A DNA stretch of 64,000 nucleotides from positions 248,001-312,000 of IMG/VR virus record IMGVR_UViG_3300023174_000033. The stretch is one strand, 5' to 3'. Positions 48,001 to 56,936 of this stretch are shown here, one piece after another (position 1 is the stretch's first letter; the number at the start of each line of letters is the position of its first letter). The translations under genes and the position numbers were made by a program. The notes below the pieces were generated by a model. It was given only the letters and a program-made list of their open reading frames with translations. It was not told where the DNA came from and searched no databases.

Positions 48001-48006
48001 TTGCAT
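42007..48006 (-). CDS. Large baseplate/tail structural protein with beta-propeller-like middle, wedge-like domain and CBM-like repeats
   Basis: Repeated FNPVNN/YNPDRK blade motifs; IGSYKSIINSINHFGY wedge-like motif; EWNPFTTYTLSDIVSYYGKFY and TWTASINFTLGQFINYDREIY resemble CBM5/12. Confidence 0.65.
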   Translation of the reverse strand: MQSLIFFNKEGDSLNFRWSETDKIWEGDLIFHENSDDTHKTIGLYVLEKIPGFAYAPGVTLSLDKFQLFNEFGINFYGATSSTFSITNYEVPNSDPKLSSRWIYGDNFDTIFPIGSQVRFSTAFTDFSPNKTYNVHKTKKNAIMLLADTKNNLAGLFDITFINTFFISGVNSIGIYNYRSGSKDNLSSWSEPQFYRKYYNDRKLNIINSEKNNKIVSVNIPKDTFGNPVSLPDRVYKRYTLNPISILPNTTFTLRVTLLTDLPTVYTGGLQFFQATKTIQLQGGIPRILKPGIRFSVVNASPGLNSNFLTIDNIPNWNSIGVSSTYSTWNQPVKPKTDIPVGFLTIYNNIIYECTTQYTWTATASIFPDNTGFWKESTTLPIVESIVDQPFFTGEVQLINNYFVYPQPYTQSVDFTFGSSIDRYAPELKSLNINYYYNNNKIYCDLIYPEEYAKVEYYLETPTTSTQLIAPSAEIIDISESNIEIVENLTTELNRDFSENKRYDIVFTDIDEFGIEITLNGQIYYEDVEFIYDGINVNMDSTINRTLENWLTKWYVPIANLGIVTTLEYTGKGYSIFRNTISFKTEYPNVPLVFSVRVGTTANFSILHTKVLLYNLSSSFSILLNDFEYRQDVTYKSGKVDFNTTLINFVRNWSEKLAGYDIIVTSNLSMLIFSVKEQDQRFEISVKTGIISLPGLPSFEIKKCIPGNLGCLITSNSVVLSNNNKFNFEIDGFATGQLVTINNSTRPYNNNEYNIEFLGSQSMNLSYQGPFWPTTTPYCDVAPFSTLGFGAGFNVLSCTPSVPKPASPGDFAKSSFASSFRIQFGASNSYTMSYVGRPNHPSAASYDFDHFVDITYLNSANRIYVLSGTSVSLPSDSRLIAYDSRTNDFIDQVILPFSGQPKFMVFNPVNNFLYCISSSQSALPAATVHRAYVVDPYIPKLEYTFTFSASPHACEVNTDNGDFYVTYGAGATNRKFSVWSKSNFTSVPTFESSVPSLNWYNMVFNPVEKDMYIRAIDTQTVPSNRPWILRYDGDTRLIVSSYSLMTTSPASLKEELYYGPWNSSIYAFGQRTSPNSFAGMLSVNGDALINFATYSSPLTPIFTGANRYIAYDIAQQQIQVSSTGQFDVFDLDGNPVSNIITPVAWGPIVHNLFDGDTYIANASQRTISVMDKFSRSIKSQQSIDGTASKIIYNPDRKSIYGIVYSPSQLTADKVSLLFEMDVSVSTSIAIDGTSISETTADNLYGNLDPNYSLPKNLWLKAREYVRKPRENFNDEPLVDFIFQWENDDVKDIFLYDYSGDQLSPTASVPYTGPKPFPIVSLNTTPNTKPDRAGLSEYQQTVFESLRFTLDHVDSETNIANKPTPLQVYIGCNSKNEGVMASTLYINKREPIDFTIVSASQNSSVIQFTVQTDRLGNSKGYILLNSISFHNFRQDSKGITRGLKQGQFLKLTITDATNQKNKYISYNSGITVEIEEVFSKYLIVNFIDRVFIDEFTQIDDYPFDGDTTYLQTRFQVVDRPIAKINVKVQTEIEDIRYKIELANNGQLVNPDDIFIYKEYDINEQGVDWTYLNKKRKELLMTRNEIFPYIGSYKSIINSINHFGYNDLELYEYYRNVEKSDIRFESLFKVEIPDIFDNTIKGWSDKDFLKYTLPNPRYEETNLFNLTFKITDKEGTNVLLYSLSEVLMKLQGLKLWLENKIIPITHRILDITGRADFVGVTTIQHKNYDAKILNIKQDFTPVDFTLSEAYLAPVNSGSTVYTCRIDFYVGAVPTHSVMPDYFKIKIKTYKTYKEWNPFTTYTLSDIVSYYGKFYTSVITNNKLKNPRKYENLTTWTASINFTLGQFINYDREIYQYINATNSYITFGSQSNVNPFLDINRQPATASWLYMTEWKLVDMMPVQTLSEFRIVSSYSLVEDLPVLLYDEKPKPQFISNPYNFTIDTNIDPFVVIELTSDNGYGQTFTVKKNYEIRSTKDLADPLRYPEPLLPFSPIIQLTRKIE

Positions 48007-48102
48007 TCAAATTATTCCAATTTAGAATTATATATTAAAACCTCTCTTTTTAATCTTAAAGAAAAGATATATAAGTTATATTTCAAAAATAAAAATATTC
48101 AA

Positions 48103-48681
48103 ATGAGGTACATAAATTTGTTTAATAAATTCCAACCAATTAGTGAAAATCTTAAATATCATGTAGATAATAATCTACCAGTATTAGAAAATGTTTTTAG
48201 ACCTGGTTCAAATTCTTTCTTTGAATTAATTAAGGAAGCTAGAAATCTTTTTGACTCAAAAGAGATTGAATTAGTTGGAATTGACAAAATACTTTTTGAA
48301 ACTACGGATTTAGGCAAATTTGCAGAGTTTGAAGGTGAAATTGTACCACTTGACCTACCGATTGAAGAAACCGAAGAATTATACGAGGCTGAATATCATG
48401 GTAAAAAAGTTCCTATCGGCAAACCTATGAGAAGTTCTGGTCCGAAGAAATATAAAGTTTATGTGAAAAATCCTAAAACTGGAAATGTAAAAGTGGTAAA
48501 TTTTGGTGATGCTAAAGGTGGATTGAGTGCTAAAGTATCTGATCCAAAAGCTAGAAAATCTTTTGCAGCCAGACATCAGTGCCATTTGAAAAAAGATAAG
48601 ACCAAACCAGGTTACTGGGCTTGTAGGGCTAACAGATATGCTAATCTTTGGGGTGGCAAAACTTATCCTGGATATTGGTAA
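48103..48681 (+). CDS. Conserved viral protein with basic C-terminal domain (RKSFAARHQC...PGYWAC); probable start ATG 48103
   Basis: MRYINLFNKF start follows GATATATA at 48066-48073; track start overlaps the divergent gene. Confidence 0.75.
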   Translation: MRYINLFNKFQPISENLKYHVDNNLPVLENVFRPGSNSFFELIKEARNLFDSKEIELVGIDKILFETTDLGKFAEFEGEIVPLDLPIEETEELYEAEYHGKKVPIGKPMRSSGPKKYKVYVKNPKTGNVKVVNFGDAKGGLSAKVSDPKARKSFAARHQCHLKKDKTKPGYWACRANRYANLWGGKTYPGYW

Positions 48682-48750
48682 TTACTAACACAATATAGAT
48701 TTTCTAACCTTCATTATTAATATATAGTCTATAAAACTATATCATAAATA

Positions 48751-51700
48751 ATGAAAATAGATAAACCCTCCATTAATAGAATTACAGACTTACGTAGTAT
48801 CAACGACGTAAATATTACAATTGGTAATACAAGCTCACTCTCATTTCCAACATCAGAAGCAAATCACATCATAATTGGCGCATCGGCTGGTCAAGAAAAC
48901 TACGGTATAAATGTAGTTGGCTTGGGATTGGAAAGTGTGAAAAATAATGATGGTTCCTCGGTATATGCAATTGGTCGCAAATCTGCTTTTGGTAACTCAC
49001 AAGACCACGTAGTAGCTATCGGTGACCTCACTGCGAATGAAAATCTTGGAATAAATGTAAATGCTATTGGTGAGTGGGCAGGAGCTTCAAATTCAGGTGA
49101 TAATGTAAACGCTTTTGGAAAAAGGGCTGCTTATGGTAATACTGGTTCAAATGTAAATGCTTTTGGTGAATTGGCGGCACAGGGTAACGATGGTAATGAT
49201 TTGAATGCAATTGGTTACTATGCTGGCAATCAGAACACAGGCGATTATGTAAATGCGGTAGGTTGGATTGCTGGTAGGAAAAACACAGGTGATAATGTAG
49301 ATGCTTTTGGTAATTACGCAGCAGAGAGTAATAAAGGAAGTCGAGTAGTGGGGATTGGTAATGCGGCAGCATACCAAAATACTGGTTCTACTATTGTTGC
49401 AGTTGGTTACTTATCGGCATTTGGAAATACTGGATCAGACGGTGTTTATATTGGTAACAATGCTGGTTCGAAGAATATAGGTGACGGGGTAAATGCTATA
49501 GGTAATAGCTCGGGACTAGCAAATAGTGGAAATCAATTAAATTCAATTGGAAATGATTCAGCAAGAAATAACACCGGAAATAATGTTGTTGCCATTGGGG
49601 ACAGAGCTGCTTATCAAAACGAGGGTTCGGAAACATATGTTTTTGGTTTAGATGCTGGTAGAGAAAATAAAGGAAATTATGTTGCATCTATTGGAACGGA
49701 AGCTGCTAGAGAAAACACTGGATCCAATGTACAAGCTTTCGGAAGACTCGCTGCAAAAGGAAATACTGGTTCTGATGTGGTATCAATCGGTTATGCTGCT
49801 GGAATTAGGAATGTAGGGGATGTTATTAATGCAATCGGTCTTGAATCAGCTTTAGACAATAGTGGAAATTATGTAAACTCAATCGGTCAAAGAGCTGGGG
49901 ATACCAATACTGGTGATTTTGTAAACCAATTCGGAAGATATGCTGGTCAGAATAATAAAGGTTCCTATGCGAATCAAATAGGAGATTCAGCTGGTAAGTA
50001 TAATACAGGCATGAGTGTGAATCAAATCGGTCTAAATGCCGGTCTTGGTAACACTGGTTCATATGTGGTGCAGATTGGTGAAGGCGCTGGTTCAGGAAAT
50101 ACCACTAACCTTATGGTACAAATTGGTTTAGAAGTTGGTACAAATAATACTGGTGAGAGATCAAACCAAATTGGTGCTTTTGCTGGTGGAAATAATAGTG
50201 GATCATTTGCAAATCAAATTGGATTTGGATCGGGCGCAAATAACACAGGAGAACAAGCCACACAAATTGGAAATGCTGCAGGTTCGGGAAATTCCGGTCT
50301 TGCAGTTAATCAGATAGGCTCAAATGCGGGCCAATCAAACGAAGGTGATTATGTGAATCAAATAGGCGTTGGAACTGGTCAATCAAACAAAGGTAATAAT
50401 GCAAATCAGATTGGTAGTGGGGCTGGAAGTGGTAATGAGGGAAATGATGTGAATCAAATTGGAACAAATGCTGGTGGGAATAATACCGGAGATTCCGTTA
50501 ATTTTATAGGAAAAAATAGTGGTGCTAGTAATACTGGAACTTATGTAGAAGCGATTGGTGAAAACTCAGCTTTTTCAAACACTGGTGTCCATGTGATTGC
50601 TTTGGGATATGACGCAGCAAATGATAATTCGGGAAATAATGTCATAGCAATCGGAGGGACAGCGGCAAGAGAAAATACCGGTTCCGATGTAATTGGCATT
50701 GGTGAAAATGCTGCGTATTTAAATAGTGGTGCTTCAGATGTAATTGCAATCGGTCGTGATGCGGCTAAACAAAACACTGGTCAATATGTTTATGCGTTCG
50801 GAACTATTGCTGCTAGAGAAAATACAGGCACAAATGTCGTCGCTATAGGTGGTCCGGTACTCGTAAACAACTCCGGCAATCAAGTAGTTGGATTGGGAAT
50901 AAGTTCACTAGAAGATAATCAAGGCGACTATGTTATAGGCATAGGAGACATTACGGGAAATAGTAATACAGGTGATTATCTTATCGCTATAGGTAGAGAG
51001 GCTGGTACATTAAATACCGGAATTCATCAGAATGCTTTTGGAAATAGGTCACTATATAATGCCACTTCAAATTACTCAAATGCTATTGGGTATCAATCTG
51101 GCGAACAATCCTCTGGTAGTCATAAAAATATGATCGGATATGAAGCAGGATTGGGGTCTGGTGGCGATCGACAAGATGTAATGGGTTACAACGCCTTTTA
51201 TGAAGCAAGTGGTAGTGATATTGTTGCTATTGGAGCTTATGCATTATTCTTGGGCACTGCTAGTCGTTTAGTGGCAATTGGCGCGTCAGCAGGTATGTAT
51301 AATATCGCAAACGATGGTATCTTCATAGGTGGGGAAGCTGGTAGTTTCAACAAGGGAACTGAATCAATCCAAATAGGTAAACTTGCTGGTAGTAGAAATA
51401 CTGGAAGTAATGTAGTGCAAATAGGTATTGAGACAGGAACTGGTAATACTGGTTCTAATAATCTCCAAATAGGTGGATATGCTGGTCAAGAAAATATTTC
51501 AAGTGGATCAATACAAATAGGTTTATTTGCCGGATATCAAAATACTGGAAATCATTCCAATCAACTAGGTTATCAGGCGGGTTATCAAAATATTGGTTCA
51601 AGAGCAATACAATTAGGTTATGCCGCTGCTCAACAAAATAGTGGAGATTACGCTGTTCAAATCGGAGATAATGTTGGTGGCCTAAATACAGGTGATTATG

Positions 51701-54700
51701 TGAATCAATTCGGTGTGTCATCTGGTGCAAACAATCAAGGTAGTTATGTAAATCAGATAGGGTACGCAGTTGGAGATGGTAATAAGTCCTCATTTGTTAA
51801 TTCCATAGGTTATTTAACTGGTCAAGCAAATGGAGGTAGTTTTTCTAATTTTATGGGAGCTTGGGCGGGATGGCAAAATAGTGGGCACTCTGTCAACGCA
51901 ATCGGTAATAGTGCTTCAAAGTCAAACACCGGTGATTATGTAAATGCTATTGGAGATAATGCTGGGTTTTCCAATTTAGGAAACCATGTAAATTCTATGG
52001 GTCGAGATTCAGCGAGGGAAAACAAATCTGATTTTGTTGATGCAATCGGAACAGAGGCAGCAAAATTAAACTCAGGAACTTATGGTATTTTTATCGGATA
52101 TCAATCTGGATTATCAAATAAAGGTTCATATGTTGTGAGTTTAGGATATCAATCAGGTGATAATAATAGTGGTGAAGGTTCGGTAAGTATAGGTCGAAGA
52201 GCTGGTCAAAACTCTTCTGGTGATTATATGAATGCGATTGGATATCTAGCTGGTTTTGGTTCAAGTGGAGTCAGAAATAATTTCATAGGTTACGATACTG
52301 GTGAAAATAACACTGGCACAAGAGTAAATGCCATAGGTGAAAGTGCTGCCCTTTCCAATGATGGTAATTATATAAATGCTATTGGATTTGAAGCTGCTTG
52401 GGATAATGCCAGCGATTATGTAGATGCAATTGGGTATCAGGCGGCTTACCAAAACACAAACGCTTCAAATTATATAGTAGCAATTGGGCGTTCGAGTGGA
52501 TACAGAAATAGTGGATCATACAACAACTTCGTAGGAAATGAAAGTGGATTTGACAATGAGGGAAGTTTCAATATTGGTTTGGGGTTTCGATCTGGCTACT
52601 CTGTAACAGCATCATACGTCGTTTCCTTGGGATTTGAGAGCGGTCAAAATTCAATAGCTGGAGTAAATGTAAATATCGGAAGAGAAGCTGGTAAACAAAG
52701 TCTTGGCGCTGGTAGTAATTTTATCGGTGATATGGCTGGTAAAAATAATAAAAGTCAATACGTTATAGCGATAGGGGAATCAGCAGCAGAAGGAAATTAT
52801 GGAACTTTTGGCATTTTTCTTGGACGTTTCAGTGGTCAAAACAATCAAGGTGCGTCCAACATTGGATTGGGTAATAATACTTTCGTTAATAGTCTCGCCA
52901 CTCGTTCTGTTGGCATTGGTAGTGGTGGAGCTCTTCAGAATTCCTACGGTAGTTTCCTTGTCGCAATTGGAGATAGTAGTGGTGGATTCAATAAATCTGA
53001 TAGAACAATATCTATTGGTTACCTTGCTGGATATTTACAAGCTGGTACACAATCAATTGCTATAGGTAATGAAAGTGGACAAAGCAACATTGGTATTCGG
53101 GTTATATCAATAGGAAGTAGAGCTGCTTATGGAAATACTGGTAGTGAAGTTATATCTATAGGTTCAACTGCGGGTTACTATAATTCTGGTGAGAGAGGTA
53201 TCTATATAGGGATTGAATCCGGTAGAGAACATACTGGAGATAACTCAATCGCGATTGGTGATGGTTCATTGAGTAGAGAGACTATAGCTCCATTTAGAAC
53301 CACATCATCAACATACTCAATTGCCATAGGTTCAGATGCTGGTAAGAGAAGTAGTTTATCAAATAGTGTGGTGGTCGGTAAATCCGCTGGTCTTGGATCC
53401 TCTGGTGTTCAAATTATAGGCATTGGTGATTCAGCTCAATCAGGTTCAAGTGGTGCAAATAGTATAGGTATAGGTCAGTCATCACTTTCATCTAATTCAG
53501 GTACTTGGTCAATTGGATTGGGATATAGGGCAGGACAACTGAATACATCAGAATACTTGATTGCCATGGGATATGATGCTGGTAATCAAAATCAGGGAGA
53601 TAATTCAATTTTGCTTGGATATCAATCAGGTCTAGGTAATAAAAGTGATTCTACGATAAGTTTTGGGTTTCAATCGGGTTATCTAAACGAAGGAACTTAT
53701 TCCGTTATGGTTGGTGAAAGAGCTGGTGCGAATAATCAAGGATTTAGTTTAAACTCTGTTGGATGGTATGCAGGTAATGGTAATGATGGTGATTATGTTG
53801 TTGGTATAGGATATCAATCAGCAAGAGAGAATAAAGGAGATGATTTAGTTTCACTCGGACAAGAGGCAGGTCAGTTCAATAAATCATCAAATGTTGTATC
53901 TATTGGTCAGAGAAGTGGTCGTACAAATACCGGAACTTGGTCTAATTTTATAGGTTTCAAATCTGGAGAATTAAATACCGGAGCTTACACAAACGCATTT
54001 GGTTCTAGTGCTTCTTTCACAAATAAAGGTCAATATGTAAATGCGATTGGTTTTGAAGCTGGTGCATTCAATGAAGGGACATATGGTGATTTCCTCGGAT
54101 ATAGAGCTGGTTATCAAAACTTTGGAGAAAATTATGTTATTGGTATAGGTGTGCAAGCTGCTATGTCAAATTCAGCTTCAAACATAATTGCAATTGGTTT
54201 AAATGCTTTAAGAAGTAATTTAGGTGGAAGTGATGAAACCATCGGTATAGGTAATCAGTCAGGTAATCAAAATAAGGGGGTAAAAAATGTTTTCATAGGT
54301 AGTAACGCCGGACAATTACAAAAGGGTGACCAAAATATTGCAATTGGTGCTAACTCAGGACAACAAAGTTTTGGTACAAATTCAGTTTATATTGGTTTAT
54401 TTGCTGGATACCAACAAACCGGAGAAAGTGCTATTTTGATTGGTGAAAATGCTGGAAATGCTGGTACTGGACATGAAAATATAAGTATTGGTAAAAACGT
54501 TGGTGGAGTTAGAGGCTCAAATAATATTTCAATCGGGGAAGAAGCTGGTTCACAAATTAGAGCGACATTCAGTATACAAATTGGTTATAGAGCTGGAACA
54601 AGAAACTCTGGTTCGGATGTTGTAATTATTGGTAATAATGCAGGTGTAGGCAATACTGGCAGTAGTAATAATATAATAGGAGCGAGTGCAGGTCAAGGGA

Positions 54701-56130
54701 ATTTCGGTTCATTTGCAAATATAATGGGAGTTGATTCAGCTCTGAACTCTTTGAATATAAGTTATGGTAATGCTTTTGGATATGGTGCGGCAAGAAATGC
54801 TATAGGATTTGGTTCCAACTTTATTGGCCAAGAAGCTGGTTCTACTGCTGCTGCGGTTGCTCAATATAGTAATTATATCGGAGCATGGGCAGGTGGATCT
54901 AATGGTGGAGATAGAGTGAACTCGATAGGATTTTTTGCAGGCCATAACACCAAGGGATATTATTCTAATTATATCGGATGGGATGCTGGTAAAGATACAA
55001 ATATGCGTCACTCAAATGCTATAGGTTATAGGGCAGCAAGTGAAGTCGGTAAAAATCAAACCTCGAGCCCTAATCCTTTTAACAGTGCATTGAACCAATT
55101 TATAAATGCAATCGGAGTTGAATCTTTATTTGCAGGAACTGGAAGTCACGTTAACGCAATAGGTACTAGTGCTTCTTTCAGAGGAGCAGGGGAGTTTATC
55201 AATAGTATTGGTTTTGAAGCAGGCGCTATTACTAACGGTTCTTACAGTAACTACATAGGATTTAAAGCTGGATTTCAAAGTACAGGAGACTATAACGACT
55301 TTATTGGATATCAATCTGGATTTAGAAATAAAGGTAACAAAAACCTGGCAATTGGTACCGAGGCCTTATCGTCGTTCAACGGATTGTCGACAATAGGAAT
55401 CGGAGAGTTATCTGGTCAGTATTCCACTGGTAGTTCAAATATATTTATAGGAGGATTTCAGACCGGAAAATATTCGGAAGGAAATAGTAATATTTATATT
55501 GGGGGCAGAACGGGTGAAGATACAAATGGTGACGCAAATGTATCCTTAGGTATAAATAGTCTTCAGGGGGGTACTGCATCAACCACAATTGTGATTGGTG
55601 CTAATAGTGGGGGTAGTATGAGGACTTTGGATGGAATCGCTATAGGTAGTAATGCACTTTCAGGCCATAATGGGAATAATACTATCTCGATAGGTAAAAG
55701 TTCTGGTAATAATTCCTTAGCGAATAACCTGATTATGATTGGGGAGAACGCTGGTGAGCGTAGTAGAGGAACTCATAGTATACACATTGGTCAGAATTCT
55801 GGAGGTAAAAGTGGTGGGTTTCAGATTGGTCAGTACAATGTTGGTATAGGTAGGGAAAGTCTTTATGGACTCACCGGATCTTACTTAGTTGCTATTGGTG
55901 ATCAAGCTGGATACGAAAATTCCGCAGATCACGTTATTGCTTTGGGAGCAACTGCTGGATATAGAAACACAAAGAGTAACCAATTCATAATTAGTAATAG
56001 TAATATGCCAGTATACACCGATAAAGCTACAGCTGATGCCGCTATAACAGTAGCGAACGGATTCAACAGTGGTAATACTTACTTATATTGGAACACCGCA
56101 ACTGCTGATATAGGAGCTAAAAGATTGTAA
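48751..56130 (+). CDS. Long beta-solenoid fibre/adhesin-like protein (2459 aa, about 16-aa NxGxxVxAIGxxA repeats)
   Basis: Continuous Gly/Asn/Ser repeats similar to trimeric adhesin-head and fibre repeats; own late promoter at 48719-48726. Confidence 0.8.
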   Translation: MKIDKPSINRITDLRSINDVNITIGNTSSLSFPTSEANHIIIGASAGQENYGINVVGLGLESVKNNDGSSVYAIGRKSAFGNSQDHVVAIGDLTANENLGINVNAIGEWAGASNSGDNVNAFGKRAAYGNTGSNVNAFGELAAQGNDGNDLNAIGYYAGNQNTGDYVNAVGWIAGRKNTGDNVDAFGNYAAESNKGSRVVGIGNAAAYQNTGSTIVAVGYLSAFGNTGSDGVYIGNNAGSKNIGDGVNAIGNSSGLANSGNQLNSIGNDSARNNTGNNVVAIGDRAAYQNEGSETYVFGLDAGRENKGNYVASIGTEAARENTGSNVQAFGRLAAKGNTGSDVVSIGYAAGIRNVGDVINAIGLESALDNSGNYVNSIGQRAGDTNTGDFVNQFGRYAGQNNKGSYANQIGDSAGKYNTGMSVNQIGLNAGLGNTGSYVVQIGEGAGSGNTTNLMVQIGLEVGTNNTGERSNQIGAFAGGNNSGSFANQIGFGSGANNTGEQATQIGNAAGSGNSGLAVNQIGSNAGQSNEGDYVNQIGVGTGQSNKGNNANQIGSGAGSGNEGNDVNQIGTNAGGNNTGDSVNFIGKNSGASNTGTYVEAIGENSAFSNTGVHVIALGYDAANDNSGNNVIAIGGTAARENTGSDVIGIGENAAYLNSGASDVIAIGRDAAKQNTGQYVYAFGTIAARENTGTNVVAIGGPVLVNNSGNQVVGLGISSLEDNQGDYVIGIGDITGNSNTGDYLIAIGREAGTLNTGIHQNAFGNRSLYNATSNYSNAIGYQSGEQSSGSHKNMIGYEAGLGSGGDRQDVMGYNAFYEASGSDIVAIGAYALFLGTASRLVAIGASAGMYNIANDGIFIGGEAGSFNKGTESIQIGKLAGSRNTGSNVVQIGIETGTGNTGSNNLQIGGYAGQENISSGSIQIGLFAGYQNTGNHSNQLGYQAGYQNIGSRAIQLGYAAAQQNSGDYAVQIGDNVGGLNTGDYVNQFGVSSGANNQGSYVNQIGYAVGDGNKSSFVNSIGYLTGQANGGSFSNFMGAWAGWQNSGHSVNAIGNSASKSNTGDYVNAIGDNAGFSNLGNHVNSMGRDSARENKSDFVDAIGTEAAKLNSGTYGIFIGYQSGLSNKGSYVVSLGYQSGDNNSGEGSVSIGRRAGQNSSGDYMNAIGYLAGFGSSGVRNNFIGYDTGENNTGTRVNAIGESAALSNDGNYINAIGFEAAWDNASDYVDAIGYQAAYQNTNASNYIVAIGRSSGYRNSGSYNNFVGNESGFDNEGSFNIGLGFRSGYSVTASYVVSLGFESGQNSIAGVNVNIGREAGKQSLGAGSNFIGDMAGKNNKSQYVIAIGESAAEGNYGTFGIFLGRFSGQNNQGASNIGLGNNTFVNSLATRSVGIGSGGALQNSYGSFLVAIGDSSGGFNKSDRTISIGYLAGYLQAGTQSIAIGNESGQSNIGIRVISIGSRAAYGNTGSEVISIGSTAGYYNSGERGIYIGIESGREHTGDNSIAIGDGSLSRETIAPFRTTSSTYSIAIGSDAGKRSSLSNSVVVGKSAGLGSSGVQIIGIGDSAQSGSSGANSIGIGQSSLSSNSGTWSIGLGYRAGQLNTSEYLIAMGYDAGNQNQGDNSILLGYQSGLGNKSDSTISFGFQSGYLNEGTYSVMVGERAGANNQGFSLNSVGWYAGNGNDGDYVVGIGYQSARENKGDDLVSLGQEAGQFNKSSNVVSIGQRSGRTNTGTWSNFIGFKSGELNTGAYTNAFGSSASFTNKGQYVNAIGFEAGAFNEGTYGDFLGYRAGYQNFGENYVIGIGVQAAMSNSASNIIAIGLNALRSNLGGSDETIGIGNQSGNQNKGVKNVFIGSNAGQLQKGDQNIAIGANSGQQSFGTNSVYIGLFAGYQQTGESAILIGENAGNAGTGHENISIGKNVGGVRGSNNISIGEEAGSQIRATFSIQIGYRAGTRNSGSDVVIIGNNAGVGNTGSSNNIIGASAGQGNFGSFANIMGVDSALNSLNISYGNAFGYGAARNAIGFGSNFIGQEAGSTAAAVAQYSNYIGAWAGGSNGGDRVNSIGFFAGHNTKGYYSNYIGWDAGKDTNMRHSNAIGYRAASEVGKNQTSSPNPFNSALNQFINAIGVESLFAGTGSHVNAIGTSASFRGAGEFINSIGFEAGAITNGSYSNYIGFKAGFQSTGDYNDFIGYQSGFRNKGNKNLAIGTEALSSFNGLSTIGIGELSGQYSTGSSNIFIGGFQTGKYSEGNSNIYIGGRTGEDTNGDANVSLGINSLQGGTASTTIVIGANSGGSMRTLDGIAIGSNALSGHNGNNTISIGKSSGNNSLANNLIMIGENAGERSRGTHSIHIGQNSGGKSGGFQIGQYNVGIGRESLYGLTGSYLVAIGDQAGYENSADHVIALGATAGYRNTKSNQFIISNSNMPVYTDKATADAAITVANGFNSGNTYLYWNTATADIGAKRL

Positions 56131-56138
56131 TTTTGACT

Positions 56139-56405
56139 ATGGAATTACCTTTCAACGAAGAAGAAATTTCAAAGGCTGTCTATTTAAGGACATTTTATGA
56201 AAATGTTGAGTCAGGTGATTTGACTTGGCACAGAGATAGAGAAGACAGATATATTGAGCCAACCCATGAGACAAATTGGGCATTCCAAATAGATAACGAA
56301 TTGCCACAAAATATAGATAAAAAAATATTTATACCTAAAGGTGTTTATCACAGACTTATAAAAGGTAAAGGAGATTTGATATTAAAAATTGAAAAATTAA
56401 ATTAA
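56139..56405 (+). CDS. Small cupin-like protein
   Basis: WHRDRED...IFIPKGVYHRL cupin motifs; ATG at 56139. Confidence 0.75.
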   Translation: MELPFNEEEISKAVYLRTFYENVESGDLTWHRDREDRYIEPTHETNWAFQIDNELPQNIDKKIFIPKGVYHRLIKGKGDLILKIEKLN

Positions 56406-56415
56406 TATATAATTT

Positions 56416-56634
56416 ATGAATCACTTATTATTATTTGAAGACTTTCAAGAATATCTAATTGTTGAAAAAAATGTACCTAACAATCCATCTTTATGGGCAT
56501 CTTGCAAAGCTTGGGCAAAAAATACTTATGATGTTTATCCATCCGCTTATGCTAATGGAGCAGCTGCAAAAAGGTACAAATCCAAAGGTGGAACTTGGAG
56601 AAAATCAAAAATTAGAAAAAAGAAAAAGAAATAA
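56416..56634 (+). CDS. Small basic protein (YPSAYAN...YKSKGGTW family) with leader motif
   Basis: MNHLLLFEDFQEYLIVE leader followed by a Lys-rich conserved core. Confidence 0.75.
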   Translation: MNHLLLFEDFQEYLIVEKNVPNNPSLWASCKAWAKNTYDVYPSAYANGAAAKRYKSKGGTWRKSKIRKKKKK

Positions 56635-56936
56635 TGGAACATTTACTCCCATTTGAAGACTTCATCAATGAAGAAAAATCATATAAGGGTTCTCATGGTG
56701 GACTGGATAAATGGTTCAAAGAGAAGTGGGTAGATATTTCGAAAACTAATAAAGATGGATCACACCCGCCTTGTGGCAGGTCAGATACAAGTAAAGGTGG
56801 GTATCCTAAATGTAGAAAAGTAAGAGTAGCCGCTAAAATGTCTAAAAAACAAAAAAAGGCATCAGTTTCTAGAAAAAGAAGAGCGGAAAAAGAGGGTTCA
56901 AAGGGAAGTGGTAGGAAACCAAACTACGCGAATTAA
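56634..56936 (+). CDS. Small basic protein (GLDKWFKEKWVD...PCGR...YPKCR family) with leader motif
   Basis: MEHLLPFEDFINEE leader; TAATG coupling to the previous gene. Confidence 0.75.
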   Translation: MEHLLPFEDFINEEKSYKGSHGGLDKWFKEKWVDISKTNKDGSHPPCGRSDTSKGGYPKCRKVRVAAKMSKKQKKASVSRKRRAEKEGSKGSGRKPNYAN

